Assembly (NCBI GenBank): GCA_963694825.1
Contig: CAVOEV010000001.1
Coordinates: 223-64,222, forward strand
Source: Planctomycetota bacterium
GTDB taxonomy: Bacteria > Planctomycetota > Planctomycetia > Planctomycetales > Planctomycetaceae
DNA length: 64,000 bases
Direction: 5' to 3'
In this document: positions 27,024 through 36,756 of the stretch, one piece after another
Layout: every line of letters starts with the position of its first letter
Position numbering within the stretch: the stretch's first letter is position 1
The notes under the pieces: generated by a model
Databases searched by the model: none
What the model was told of the DNA's origin: nothing
What the model saw: the letters and a program-made list of their open reading frames with translations, nothing else
Program-made: the position numbers and the translations under genes

Positions 27024-27878
27024 ATGAACGAACTCGGATTGCTGCGGATCTTGGCCGAGATTCCTGCTTGGGGGACGGGTCTGGGGTTTGTGGCTGCGGT
27101 GATTGGCGGAATTCTGGTTTCGCGGCGGTTGTCGGTTCGCGAGGAGTTTGCCGACAGTTATGTGACGATGGGCGTGCTGGGTTTTGGTGGCCTGATTGCC
27201 GTGGGGTCTCTTGTCCCCGGCCTGTTCTTCGATCTGGAGAACGGTACGCGGTTCCTGTTGGGGCTGGGCGTGGTCTTGATCGGTCTGGGCATCTGGATGT
27301 TTTCGCGAGAAATGTTACCGGGCCGACTGGTGGCCGTGCTCTGCCTGTTGTACGTGGCGATCGTGGCAACGGTGTATTGTCTGCAGCCGCAGTGGTATTT
27401 CGACAGTGGTGACGGGACGCGAGCCATCCTGTTGATTTCGGCGACGTTCGTGGTGCCTTTGAGCCTGGGTCGATTGCTGGCGATGGCATTACGGATGGAG
27501 GACCTGACGTTTCGCTTGGGTTTTGTGCTGACGGCGATCACGCTGGCCCTGTGGCCGATGGCCAAAGAAGTGGTCGCTCGAGCCGCGGAGAACTGGGTGC
27601 ACGAAGAAGCCGAGAAGAAGTGGGACGCGGGGACCAAGTCGTATCCGGTCACGGCCGAGATCAAGGAAACTCTGGGTCGAGTTCGTCCGAAGCTGACGGT
27701 TCACTATCTGTCGGACGGAAAGAGTTCGGATAGGGTGAAGCCGGCGAGTCGGCCGAGTACGATTGGTGAGCCGGCTGAGAAACCGGCTGAGAAACCGGCT
27801 GAGAAACCGGCTGAGAAACCAGCTGAGAAACCAGCTGAGAAACCGGCTGAGAAACCGGCTGAAACGGGCACGAAGTGA
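27024..27878 (+). CDS. Polytopic membrane protein (about 6 TM) with a C-terminal (PAEK)n repeat, function unknown
   Basis: 284-aa ORF between yajC and secDF. It has hydrophobic helices throughout its first 190 aa and a C-terminal EPAEKPAEKPAEK... tail. Confidence 0.65.
   Translation: MNELGLLRILAEIPAWGTGLGFVAAVIGGILVSRRLSVREEFADSYVTMGVLGFGGLIAVGSLVPGLFFDLENGTRFLLGLGVVLIGLGIWMFSREMLPGRLVAVLCLLYVAIVATVYCLQPQWYFDSGDGTRAILLISATFVVPLSLGRLLAMALRMEDLTFRLGFVLTAITLALWPMAKEVVARAAENWVHEEAEKKWDAGTKSYPVTAEIKETLGRVRPKLTVHYLSDGKSSDRVKPASRPSTIGEPAEKPAEKPAEKPAEKPAEKPAEKPAEKPAETGTK
27771..27866. repeat. 12-bp in-frame tandem repeat CC(G/A)GCTGAGAAA x7 plus a partial copy
   Basis: Read directly. It encodes (PAEK)7-8 at the 3' end of the 27024..27878 gene. 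Confidence 0.95.
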
Positions 27879-30800
27879 TGGTTGATCGAATGGTGAGTGG
27901 AATCACGATGAGCAAGTCGACCGGGAGTGGCGTGATGAGGAGTGTGTGGAGTCTGGCCTGTGTGCCGGCGTTGTTACTGGTGTTGTCGGTGTCGGGTTGC
28001 AGTGACACGGATCCGATGATCAAGTTGCGTCGTGCCGGTGCGGTGGTCGAGCAGGATGACGAGCGCGAGAAGATCGAGCGAGTGGTGTTGTCTCGTTCGG
28101 CAAGTCCGTCTCAGTTGGCCGAGCAGCTTACTGACCTGGCTCGGGTGTCTCGCGTGTTGGTGCTGGACCTTTCGGGGACTCGCATCACCGACGAGCAGTT
28201 GGGTGAATTGTCCGAGTTGGACGAACTGCACAGCTTAGATTTGTCGGACACGGCGATCACGAGTGCGGGGTTGTCGAACCTGTCGAAGCTGACGGGTTTG
28301 CGCAAGTTGACTCTTTCGAACACACTGGTGAACAATGCGGGTTTGGAGAAGCACATCCCGAGTTTTACGGCGTTGGAAACTTTGGAGTTGTCGAGATCAA
28401 AGCGTCCCGAGCGGGACATCGTGTCGGACGACGACGCGGGCCTGATCGAGACGATTTTTTCGGGCATCAATCTAGGCATTGATTTGGCTGGCGGAGCGAT
28501 TCTGATCCTGGAAGTGGACGAGGAGTTGCGTGCGAAGCAGGGCAAGGAGTTGACCGCCGACGTGATGTCTCAGATGGCCACCGCGATCAACAAGCGGGCC
28601 AACCCTGGCGGCAACAAGGAATTGACGGTTCGGCCGGTGGGTACGAACCGGATCGAGGTGATCATCCCCAAGGCGGACCCGCAGGTGGTCGAGCAGACCA
28701 AGCGGATGATGACGCGTCTGGGGAGTCTCGAGTTGGCGATCTTGGCCAATTCTCGAGACGCCAAGTTCCAGAACCTGGTCCAGAAGGCAGGGGCGTTGCC
28801 AGACGGCGAGACGCAGGTCATCGAGATTGTGGTGGACGGCGGTTCGAGTCGATCGCGACTGTTGGGTGAGTGGTTGCCGGTGGATCCCAATGGTGAGGTG
28901 GACAGCAGTTACGACGTGTTGGTCGAGCCGCGTGCGAACCTGAAGGGTGTGGAGGTCGAGCACGTATTGGTGTCGTACGAGGACGAGAACCTGCGTGTCA
29001 AGGGTGAGCATCTTTACCGTGTCTACCAGACCAACGACGACAACGGCCGGTTGGCGGTCGGTTTCACTCTGAACATTGGCGGTTCGAACCGCTTTGCCGA
29101 TTTGACCGGCAGCAACGAGCCGGACAAGTCCGAGGGGTTTTACCGTCGGTTGGCGATCATCCTGGACGGAAAGGTCTTTTCGGCGCCGACTCTTGAGAGT
29201 CGGATCAGCAGCAGCGGCATCATCCGAGGCGACTTCACTCGCCAGGAGATCAACGAGTTGATTGGTGTGCTTGAGGCGGGGGCATTGGAAGTGCCCTTGA
29301 AGCCCGAGCCGATCAGCGAGATGACAATTTCTCCGACACTTGGCGGCGACGTTCAGAGGAAGGGTGTGGTAGCGATCTCGATCGCATCGATCACAGTGGT
29401 TGTGTTCATGATCGGCTACTACCGTTTCTCGGGTGTTGTGGCCGTGATTTGTCTGATGTTGAACCTGGTGTTGGTGATGGGGACGATGATCTTCATCGAG
29501 GCGACCTTCACGTTGCCGGGCTTGGCCGGTTTGGTGCTGACTATCGGAATGGCAGTCGATGCGAACGTATTGATTTTCGAGCGGATCCGTGAGGAGCAGC
29601 GACGTGGTGGCGTGGTCCGAATGGCGATCCAGAACGGTTTCAACCGGGCGTTCACCACGATTGTCGACGCCAACGTGACCACGTTGTTGGTGGCGGTGGT
29701 GTTGTACATGATCGGCACTGATCAGGTTCGCGGTTTTGCGGTGACACTGTTCATCGGGATCGTGATGAGCATGTTCACGGCGTTGTTTGTGGGCCGGTTG
29801 TTGTTTGACATCTGGGAGCGGCTCAAGCATCGCGAGCAGTTGAAGATGAACAGTCTGCCGGGCATTACCGGTCGGGAGTTCAATTTTGTCGGGCGTCAGA
29901 AGATTGCCGCGGTGGTGTCGTTGATTGTGATCGTCTGCGGTATGACCGCCTTGTTTTCTCGGGGCGCGAGTAATTTCGATATCGATTTTCGTGGTGGTCG
30001 CGCGGTAAGTTTCGAGTTGTTGAGAACACCGGATGATGCGTCAACGGACACGGTTCGCGACAAGTTGCAGAGTGTCGAGGACGCGAAATCGCTGAGCGAT
30101 TCTATGTCGCTTGAGGAATTGACGGGGATCGGTGCAGATGACGCGGCGGTTGCGATCGATGGTCGGCGACGGTTTCGTTTGCGGACGACGACCACTCGGA
30201 CGTCCGGGGGCGACGGAGATACGGTCAACCAGCGTATCCAGAATTGGATCGCCTCGGCATTCGCTGCGGATTCGGAATACCAGTTGGCGACCATGTCTGT
30301 TCGTCCGGGTCCTGTTGCGGAAATCGACGATCCATTGGATGCGGATTACCACCAAGGGCACCAAGTCACCGTGTCGTTTTCGAGTGACGACAAGGTCGAG
30401 GTACAACGTGAGAACGTCCAGGCGTACGTGGCGGAGGCATTGGCTGGTGCGTTGGGCGGTGGGAGTGAGTCAGCGAAGGGTGACGCGGTTCAGGCCGAGT
30501 TGGAGTTCGAGATTTCAGCTGGCGGATCCGATCCGCTTGCGGCTCGATCCCTGATCTGGGCCGTGCGGTTCAAGAAGTCGATCACCGGTGCGACGATCGA
30601 GACGGCATTGGCCGGTATGGTTGCGAGTCTGGACGGTCAACCTCGTTTTGACGAGGTGACATCGTTCGACAGTGCTGTGGCGAACGAAATGCAGCAGTCA
30701 GCGATTTTGGCGATGCTGTTCAGCCTGGTGGCGATCGTGGCCTATATCTGGTTCCGTTTCCAGCGAATTGATTTCGGCTTGGCGGCGGTTGTGGCGTTGG

Positions 30801-31306
30801 TACACGACGTACTGGTTGTGTTGGGTGGTGTTGCACTGGCGGGTTTGGCGGCTTCGGAGATGGGGATGGACGGTGGCGTATTTCTGTTGCAGGACTTCAA
30901 GATCAACCTGCCGATGGTGGCCGCCTTCTTGACCATTGTCGGGTATTCGTTGAACGACACGATCGTCGTGTTTGACCGTATCCGCGAGGTGCGTGGCAAG
31001 AATCCCTCGTTGACGCCCGAGATGGTCAACCAGAGTCTGAACCAGACCTTGGCACGAACTCTGTTGACCTCACTGACCACATTGATCGTGGTCGTGATCC
31101 TGTACTTTGGAGGAGGAGACGGGATCCACGGTTTCGCCTTCTGCTTGGTGGTGGGCGTGGTGGTGGGAACCTACAGTTCGATCTTTGTGGCGAGTCCGGC
31201 GTTGCTTTGGATGATGAACCCGAACAGCCTGTTCAATCGTCTGGTCGGGAGTGCTCCGGGCGGGTCGAATGTTCGATCGAGGCAGGCGACGGCGACCGAG
31301 TCGTAG
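27875..31306 (+). CDS. secDF: Fused protein translocase subunit SecDF with an N-terminal lipoprotein-like leader and an LRR insert
   Basis: SecD P1 motif GINLGIDLAGGAILILEV, and two RND-like 6-TM bundles (SecD then SecF). Leader MRSVWSLACVPALLLVLSVSGC. LRR units at about aa 85-175. The start is GTG 27875 or ATG 27878, overlapping the previous stop. Confidence 0.9.
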   Translation: MMVDRMVSGITMSKSTGSGVMRSVWSLACVPALLLVLSVSGCSDTDPMIKLRRAGAVVEQDDEREKIERVVLSRSASPSQLAEQLTDLARVSRVLVLDLSGTRITDEQLGELSELDELHSLDLSDTAITSAGLSNLSKLTGLRKLTLSNTLVNNAGLEKHIPSFTALETLELSRSKRPERDIVSDDDAGLIETIFSGINLGIDLAGGAILILEVDEELRAKQGKELTADVMSQMATAINKRANPGGNKELTVRPVGTNRIEVIIPKADPQVVEQTKRMMTRLGSLELAILANSRDAKFQNLVQKAGALPDGETQVIEIVVDGGSSRSRLLGEWLPVDPNGEVDSSYDVLVEPRANLKGVEVEHVLVSYEDENLRVKGEHLYRVYQTNDDNGRLAVGFTLNIGGSNRFADLTGSNEPDKSEGFYRRLAIILDGKVFSAPTLESRISSSGIIRGDFTRQEINELIGVLEAGALEVPLKPEPISEMTISPTLGGDVQRKGVVAISIASITVVVFMIGYYRFSGVVAVICLMLNLVLVMGTMIFIEATFTLPGLAGLVLTIGMAVDANVLIFERIREEQRRGGVVRMAIQNGFNRAFTTIVDANVTTLLVAVVLYMIGTDQVRGFAVTLFIGIVMSMFTALFVGRLLFDIWERLKHREQLKMNSLPGITGREFNFVGRQKIAAVVSLIVIVCGMTALFSRGASNFDIDFRGGRAVSFELLRTPDDASTDTVRDKLQSVEDAKSLSDSMSLEELTGIGADDAAVAIDGRRRFRLRTTTTRTSGGDGDTVNQRIQNWIASAFAADSEYQLATMSVRPGPVAEIDDPLDADYHQGHQVTVSFSSDDKVEVQRENVQAYVAEALAGALGGGSESAKGDAVQAELEFEISAGGSDPLAARSLIWAVRFKKSITGATIETALAGMVASLDGQPRFDEVTSFDSAVANEMQQSAILAMLFSLVAIVAYIWFRFQRIDFGLAAVVALVHDVLVVLGGVALAGLAASEMGMDGGVFLLQDFKINLPMVAAFLTIVGYSLNDTIVVFDRIREVRGKNPSLTPEMVNQSLNQTLARTLLTSLTTLIVVVILYFGGGDGIHGFAFCLVVGVVVGTYSSIFVASPALLWMMNPNSLFNRLVGSAPGGSNVRSRQATATES

Positions 31307-31317
31307 GCCGGAACGTG

Positions 31318-32154
31318 TTAGGCGGACCAGGCCTGGTGTCCGCCATCGACTCGGATAGTCTGTCCGCTGACGAACTGGCCCAACGGTCCGGCGAAGAATT
31401 CGACGACTCGAGCCACCTCGTCGACCGTGGCGATTCGTTCGAGAGTACCTTCGGTGACCATCCGCTGCTGGTCGACATCTCGGGTGTTCATGAACCGTCC
31501 GGTGCGTGTATCACCGGGTGCGAGGCTGTTGACGGTGATGTTGTGCGGTCTGAGTTGTTGAGCGAGGCTTCGAGTGTAGGCCACCTGACCGGCCTTGGCC
31601 GTGGCATAGATGGCACCTTGTGCGGTTCCAGTGAAGGCTGCGATCGAGCTGATCGTGATGATCCGTCCTCCTGGGCTCGGATCCTCGCTGGATTGTTCGT
31701 TGCGTTGGATCATCCTGCCGGCGACGTCTCGGCAGACGAGGATGGTGGTCAGCAGGTTGCGGTCGAGCACGGCCTTGATGTCATCGGGGCTGATCATCAC
31801 GGCGTCGTTGGGGTCGGGTTTTCCGCCCAGTGCGGCGATATCGCCTCCGGCGTTGTGGACCAGGATGTCGATTGGTCCCAGTTGTTGTGTGACATCGCTG
31901 ACGATCCGTTCGACGTGTTCGCCGTCAGTAAGATCGGCGAGTACTTTGAGTGTCTGGACCTGTCCGAATTCACCGATTTCTCGGGCGGTATCGGTCAGCG
32001 TGGTGCCTTCGCCGTATTCACTGGGCCCTTGCTCCCGCATTCCGTGGACACCGACTTTGGCTCCGGCTGCGGCGAGGTGTTCGGCGAACGCTCGGCCGAG
32101 TCCTCGTCCGGCGCCGGTCACCAGCGCCACCTGGCCTTCAAGAAATCGGGTCAT
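31318..32154 (-). CDS. SDR family oxidoreductase
   Basis: MTRFLEGQVALVTGAGRGLGRAFA Rossmann motif and YATAKAG (YxxxK). Confidence 0.9.
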   Translation of the reverse strand: MTRFLEGQVALVTGAGRGLGRAFAEHLAAAGAKVGVHGMREQGPSEYGEGTTLTDTAREIGEFGQVQTLKVLADLTDGEHVERIVSDVTQQLGPIDILVHNAGGDIAALGGKPDPNDAVMISPDDIKAVLDRNLLTTILVCRDVAGRMIQRNEQSSEDPSPGGRIITISSIAAFTGTAQGAIYATAKAGQVAYTRSLAQQLRPHNITVNSLAPGDTRTGRFMNTRDVDQQRMVTEGTLERIATVDEVARVVEFFAGPLGQFVSGQTIRVDGGHQAWSA

Positions 32155-32202
32155 GATTAGCCTGTTGTTTCCGGCTGCTGAAGTTGCCCGGGGTGAAAAG
32201 GA

Positions 32203-33162
32203 TCATTTATCGGCCGAGGGGTCGGCGAGCGTCCGGACGGTCTTGTGTTGGACTCCATCGAGCATCAGGTTGGCCAGCACGGGGCCCTTGGCGGTCATGG
32301 TGACCCAGACGAAGTGATCGAACCGACCATCCTGTTGTCCGGTGAGCGTGGAGCTGCCGCCGGTTGTGGCGAGCATGTAGTATTCTTGGCCCCGTCGGAT
32401 GAAGCGTGCGTAGGCGTGTTTGTGTCCACTGAATACGGTGTACTGCCTGCCGGAAAGTGCGTCTTCGATTTGAGTCCAGCCCTGTTTGGCGAGATCGGTT
32501 TGTGGGTAGGTCCAGGTTGGCTTGTGGGTGATGACAAACGTCCATCTGACGTCTCGGTTTTCCTTGAGCGTCTTCACGGCCCAGTCACGTTGGGGTTGGC
32601 TGAAGTGGAACGGGCCGGTCTTGGGTGGGTCTTCGGAGTTGAGCACCAGGAACAGGCAGTCGTGGTAGAGGAAGTGGTAGTAGCTGCGTCGGAACCGTCG
32701 GTTCCAGTCGTCGTTCATTGGAATGTTACTGATGTCGTGGTTGCCGGCACAGAAGAAGAAAGGCATTTCGAGCCGATCGACAACCGTTTCGAACTCGGAC
32801 CATTCGAGTGCCCACTGTCCCGGGTCTTCGGTGTAGCCTTCGATGAGGTCACCGACGGAGAGGACGAATTCGGGTTGCATGAGGTTGATTTGATCGACAG
32901 CCCGGCTGAAGACACCAGGCCGTCGGCCTCCGGTTCGGTCGGTGACGATCACGAACTGAAAGTTTTCGCGTCGGTCGTTGAACTGAAGGTTGGTCCACGG
33001 GTTGCGGTCTCCGGTCTGAATCCGGACATGTTCGGGCAACGGGTTGGTTTGGGGCGCCGTGCTGGAAACGGTGGCAGCAGCGGCGAGGATGAGCGCGACG
33101 GTCAGTGCCAGACAGAATTGTTTCACGGTGTGTGTCCCAAAGGAGGGTTGGGTTGGGTGCAC
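32203..33162 (-). CDS. Metallophosphoesterase (calcineurin-like), secreted
   Basis: The VTDRTGG, GDLIEGY and GNHD motifs fit the calcineurin-like metallophosphoesterase pattern, and the leader is hydrophobic. GTG start at 33162, with an alternative GTG at 33126. Confidence 0.8.
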   Translation of the reverse strand: MHPTQPSFGTHTVKQFCLALTVALILAAAATVSSTAPQTNPLPEHVRIQTGDRNPWTNLQFNDRRENFQFVIVTDRTGGRRPGVFSRAVDQINLMQPEFVLSVGDLIEGYTEDPGQWALEWSEFETVVDRLEMPFFFCAGNHDISNIPMNDDWNRRFRRSYYHFLYHDCLFLVLNSEDPPKTGPFHFSQPQRDWAVKTLKENRDVRWTFVITHKPTWTYPQTDLAKQGWTQIEDALSGRQYTVFSGHKHAYARFIRRGQEYYMLATTGGSSTLTGQQDGRFDHFVWVTMTAKGPVLANLMLDGVQHKTVRTLADPSADK

Positions 33163-33204
33163 AGGTTAGACTTCGTGAGTCGCAGTCGCAATCGTCGACG
33201 GTGT

Positions 33205-34431
33205 TTAGCGGAGGCGTTGTCCGTTGAAGAAGACGGCTTCGAGAGAGCCTGGGAAGGTGGTGCCCTCGAACGGAGACCATCCACAGAGAGTGGCCAGGTT
33301 GTCGCGATGGATCGTGACGGGGCGATTGAGGTTGAGCACGGTCAGTGCGGCGTTGTAGCCGGGTGCGATTCGTCCAAAGCGTCGTGGAGCGGTGTAGGGA
33401 TTGACGAATGTGCCGGGGTTCTCGCAGCAGACGGCTGCGATGCGTTGTGGAGTGAATTGGGCTTCGGCGATCATCCAGGTCACGAAGGCTGCGTAGGTGT
33501 CCAGGTGTGGTTGGCCGGAGACTCCGTCGTCTTTTTCTTCGAGTGTGTGCGGTGCGTGATCGGTGGCGAGGTAATCGAGTGTTCCGTCGCGGAGTGCTTC
33601 GAGCATGGCCAGTCGATCGTCACCGGTTCGAAGCGGTGGGTTCATCTGCATCAGACCACGATTCTCGTCGGTGATTGACTCGGTATCGTAATAGATGTGG
33701 TGCGGGGTCACCTCGCAGGTGACTGCAACCCCGGCTGCTCGAGCGGCTCGGATCAGCGGCAGTCCGTCCTTGGCCGAGTAGTGGCAGAGTTTTCCGCTGA
33801 GTCCGTACTTTTGGATCATTTGCAGTGCGAAGCGAGTTGCGGACACTTCACATTCGGGTGGTCGTTTCTGTTCGTGTGTCGGGGCATCGGCATGTGTGAC
33901 GAGCAGTTCGGGGTCTTCGCAGTGAAAGCTGACCGAGCAGCCTCGATAGTGTGCCAGCGTGGTCTCGAGTTCTGCGAGCGAGCTGAAGAACAGGTCTCCG
34001 ACACTGGGCCCCATGTAGGCTTTGTAGGGGACGGTCGAGGTGAGTGGTCGAGTGCCGGGTCCGATTCCGGCGTAGAGAGTCACGTGGACATCGCAGTTGC
34101 GGGATGCGAGGTGTTGGCATTTGGCGTCGTAGCTGTCGTCATCAACAGGTGCGTCGGGGTTGTTGGGCATGTCGGCCACGTGGACGATTCCGCCGTTGAG
34201 TGCTGCCTGGCCGACTGTGACGAAGTTTTCCTTGTGAGTTTCGCGGCCGCTGGTGTCGTCGCGAGCGTGGATGTGAATGTCTCCCATCCCGGCAAACACC
34301 AGGCAGTCGTCATCGAAGACGGCATCGGGTGTGCCCAGTCGCTCGCCCACTTCGGCAATCTCGGTGCCGTCGAAGCGAACCTGTGCGGTGGTGATGGTGT
34401 CGGTGCTGACCAGCCGTCCCTGGATAATCAC
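33205..34431 (-). CDS. Dihydroorotase-like cyclic amidohydrolase
   Basis: GDIHIHARD (HxH metal site) and HVADMPNNPDAP, with an amidohydrolase fold. GTG start at 34431. Confidence 0.8.
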   Translation of the reverse strand: MIIQGRLVSTDTITTAQVRFDGTEIAEVGERLGTPDAVFDDDCLVFAGMGDIHIHARDDTSGRETHKENFVTVGQAALNGGIVHVADMPNNPDAPVDDDSYDAKCQHLASRNCDVHVTLYAGIGPGTRPLTSTVPYKAYMGPSVGDLFFSSLAELETTLAHYRGCSVSFHCEDPELLVTHADAPTHEQKRPPECEVSATRFALQMIQKYGLSGKLCHYSAKDGLPLIRAARAAGVAVTCEVTPHHIYYDTESITDENRGLMQMNPPLRTGDDRLAMLEALRDGTLDYLATDHAPHTLEEKDDGVSGQPHLDTYAAFVTWMIAEAQFTPQRIAAVCCENPGTFVNPYTAPRRFGRIAPGYNAALTVLNLNRPVTIHRDNLATLCGWSPFEGTTFPGSLEAVFFNGQRLR

Positions 34432-34581
34432 TGTTGGTCGCCTTGCGATGCCGGCGTACGGGTTGTGTGGAGTGTGTGAATCGGTGGTCGGTTTGAACTG
34501 TGCGAGTGACCAGAATACGCTATACGAGGCTGCTCGCCAAATGGGTGTCCTACGGGAAGTGTCTTCTGGAGAGTGTTCAGC

Positions 34582-36756
34582 ATGCTGGGTCGAATCGTGT
34601 TTTCAGTCGTTGTCGTGTCGCTGATGGTCGTTGACATCGAGGCGGCTCGACCGGATCGCCTGTTTGCCGAGGGCGAGTTTCCGGCCGACAGTCGGTTCGG
34701 GGCGTCTCGGAATCTGCGTGACAAGTACCACCCGTGGGTCGTCCCCAAGACACTCAAGGAGTGGAACGCCGAGTCTGCTCGAGTGCGGCGTCAGCTGAAG
34801 GTGGCCACGGGTCTGTGGCCGGCTTGGCCGCGCGGGCCGATCCAGGCGGTGATTCACAGTCGAGTGGACCGTGGCGACTACACGGTCGAGAAGGTCTATT
34901 TTTCCAGTCTGGCAGGACACTACGTGACGGGTAGCCTGTATCGGCCCAAGGCTGATAGACCAACCAGCAAGCGTCGTCCCGGCATACTCTGTCCTCACGG
35001 TCATTGGCCCGAGGGACGATTCTACGATGCGGGGACCGACAAGGCTGCGGAGCAGTTGAAGCGTGGTGCCGAGATGTTCGAGGCGGGTGCCAGGTATCCC
35101 TTGCAGGCTCGGATGGTGCAATTGGCTCGGATGGGTTGTGTGGTGTTTCATTACGACATGGTCGGGTATGCCGACAGTCGTGCGTTGCCGCATCGGAGTG
35201 GTTTCGGAGACGTCGGGGCTGTCTTGCGGCTACAGAACCTGATGGGTTTGCAGACATTCAATTCGATCCGTGCGTTGGATTTTCTGGAATCGTTGCCAGA
35301 CGTTGACCGGAAGCGAATCGCCGTCACCGGTGCCAGCGGCGGTGGAACTCAGACCTTCATGCTCTGTGCACTGGACACTCGGCCCAGCGTCGCCTTCCCG
35401 GCTGTAATGGTTTCGACGGGCATGCAGGGTGGTTGCGTGTGCGAGAACTGTTGTTTCCTGCGAACGGGCATCAACAACATCACGATTGCCGCACTGTTTG
35501 CTCCTCGCCCGATGGCACTCAGCGGAGCCAACGACTGGACGATCGACATCGAGACGAAGGGGTTGCCGGAACTCAAGGCGGTTTACGGATTTTACGGCAA
35601 GGCTGACCTGATTGATGCCAAGTGTTATCCACGTTTTGGCCACAACTACAACCAGGTGTCTCGCGAGTTGATGTACTCGTGGATGAACAGGCACTTGAAG
35701 CTGGGCGGGAAGGAACCGATCCGGGAGCGGGACTTCAAGCCGATTGTCCCGGGCGATTTGAAGGTGTTTGACGTCGAGCATCCCCAGCCTCGGGACGCGA
35801 TGACGTTGGAGCAGTACCGCGTCTTTCAGACGCGGTTGATTGAGGGTCAGTACGCGAAGTTACTGAGTGGTGCTCGCAAGGGTTTGAAGGAGTACCGTCG
35901 GGTGGTGGGATCGGCAGCCCGAGTGCTTTTGGCAGGGACTCCGTCGACGGGCTACAGTGCCAGCGGGATCGCTCGAGGCAAGTTGTCTGGAGGTGGGACG
36001 TTCGAGACGGGAACGGTGACTCGAACGGGTTTGGGGCATGCGATTCCCTGGACGTTGTTGACACCTGCCAAGGGGCCGGGACCGTCGCTGGTGGCCTGGT
36101 TTGATGGGCTTGGCAAGGCTGCGTTGTTTGACGAGCAGGGTAAGCCGATTCCGGCTGTCCGCCGACTCTTGGATGCCGGCCACAGTGTTCTGTCGGCGGA
36201 CGTGTATCTAACCGGCGAATTGACTCGGGACGGAAAACCGGTCACTCGAGTTGACACTCATGGGAGCTTTGTCGGGTACACCTATGGCTACAACCTGCCT
36301 CCGTTGACTCATCGCATCCGCGACGTGCTGACGGTCGTATCGGCATTTACGACGAAGCTGAGTGCTGCCGTAAATGGGGGGCAGGGCGGTCGAATAGGAG
36401 TACACCTGGTGGGGACTGGTGGAGCGGGGACGTGGGTCGTATTGGCTCGAGCGGTGATGTCTCGCGGCAGGGCGTCTCGCGGCGTGACGATCGCGGACGT
36501 TGGAGGTTTTTCGTTTTCGAAGATCACACGTCGCGACGACCCGATGTTGTTGCCCGGCGCGTTGAAATACGGCGGCCTGGGCGGTCTGGCTGCGTTGGCG
36601 GCTCCGTCGGTCCTGGTGCTTGGTGGTACCGAGGGTGTTCCCAAGTCGGAGTTGAGTCCATTGCGGCGGATCTACGACGTGGCCGATGGCGAATTGTCGA
36701 TCAAGGCGGGTTCGATTTCCGCCGATTCAGTCGCCTTCATGATTCTTGGTCGTTGA
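34582..36756 (+). CDS. Secreted alpha/beta hydrolase (acetyl-xylan-esterase/dienelactone-hydrolase-like) with a C-terminal extension
   Basis: Signal peptide MLGRIVFSVVVVSLMVVDIEAA. Nucleophile elbow VTGASGGGTQ. ATG 34582 (GTG 34573 is also possible). The 3' end overlaps tsaB convergently by 30 nt. Confidence 0.7.
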   Translation: MLGRIVFSVVVVSLMVVDIEAARPDRLFAEGEFPADSRFGASRNLRDKYHPWVVPKTLKEWNAESARVRRQLKVATGLWPAWPRGPIQAVIHSRVDRGDYTVEKVYFSSLAGHYVTGSLYRPKADRPTSKRRPGILCPHGHWPEGRFYDAGTDKAAEQLKRGAEMFEAGARYPLQARMVQLARMGCVVFHYDMVGYADSRALPHRSGFGDVGAVLRLQNLMGLQTFNSIRALDFLESLPDVDRKRIAVTGASGGGTQTFMLCALDTRPSVAFPAVMVSTGMQGGCVCENCCFLRTGINNITIAALFAPRPMALSGANDWTIDIETKGLPELKAVYGFYGKADLIDAKCYPRFGHNYNQVSRELMYSWMNRHLKLGGKEPIRERDFKPIVPGDLKVFDVEHPQPRDAMTLEQYRVFQTRLIEGQYAKLLSGARKGLKEYRRVVGSAARVLLAGTPSTGYSASGIARGKLSGGGTFETGTVTRTGLGHAIPWTLLTPAKGPGPSLVAWFDGLGKAALFDEQGKPIPAVRRLLDAGHSVLSADVYLTGELTRDGKPVTRVDTHGSFVGYTYGYNLPPLTHRIRDVLTVVSAFTTKLSAAVNGGQGGRIGVHLVGTGGAGTWVVLARAVMSRGRASRGVTIADVGGFSFSKITRRDDPMLLPGALKYGGLGGLAALAAPSVLVLGGTEGVPKSELSPLRRIYDVADGELSIKAGSISADSVAFMILGR

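Noticed and set aside
28472-29830. 452-aa minus-strand ORF
   Set aside because: It is antisense to SecDF, is H/Q/R/D-rich and has no motifs. SecDF has strong motif support on the + strand.
32245-33678. 477-aa + strand ORF
   Set aside because: It is antisense to the metallophosphoesterase and dihydroorotase-like genes and has G/V/E/D-rich shadow composition.
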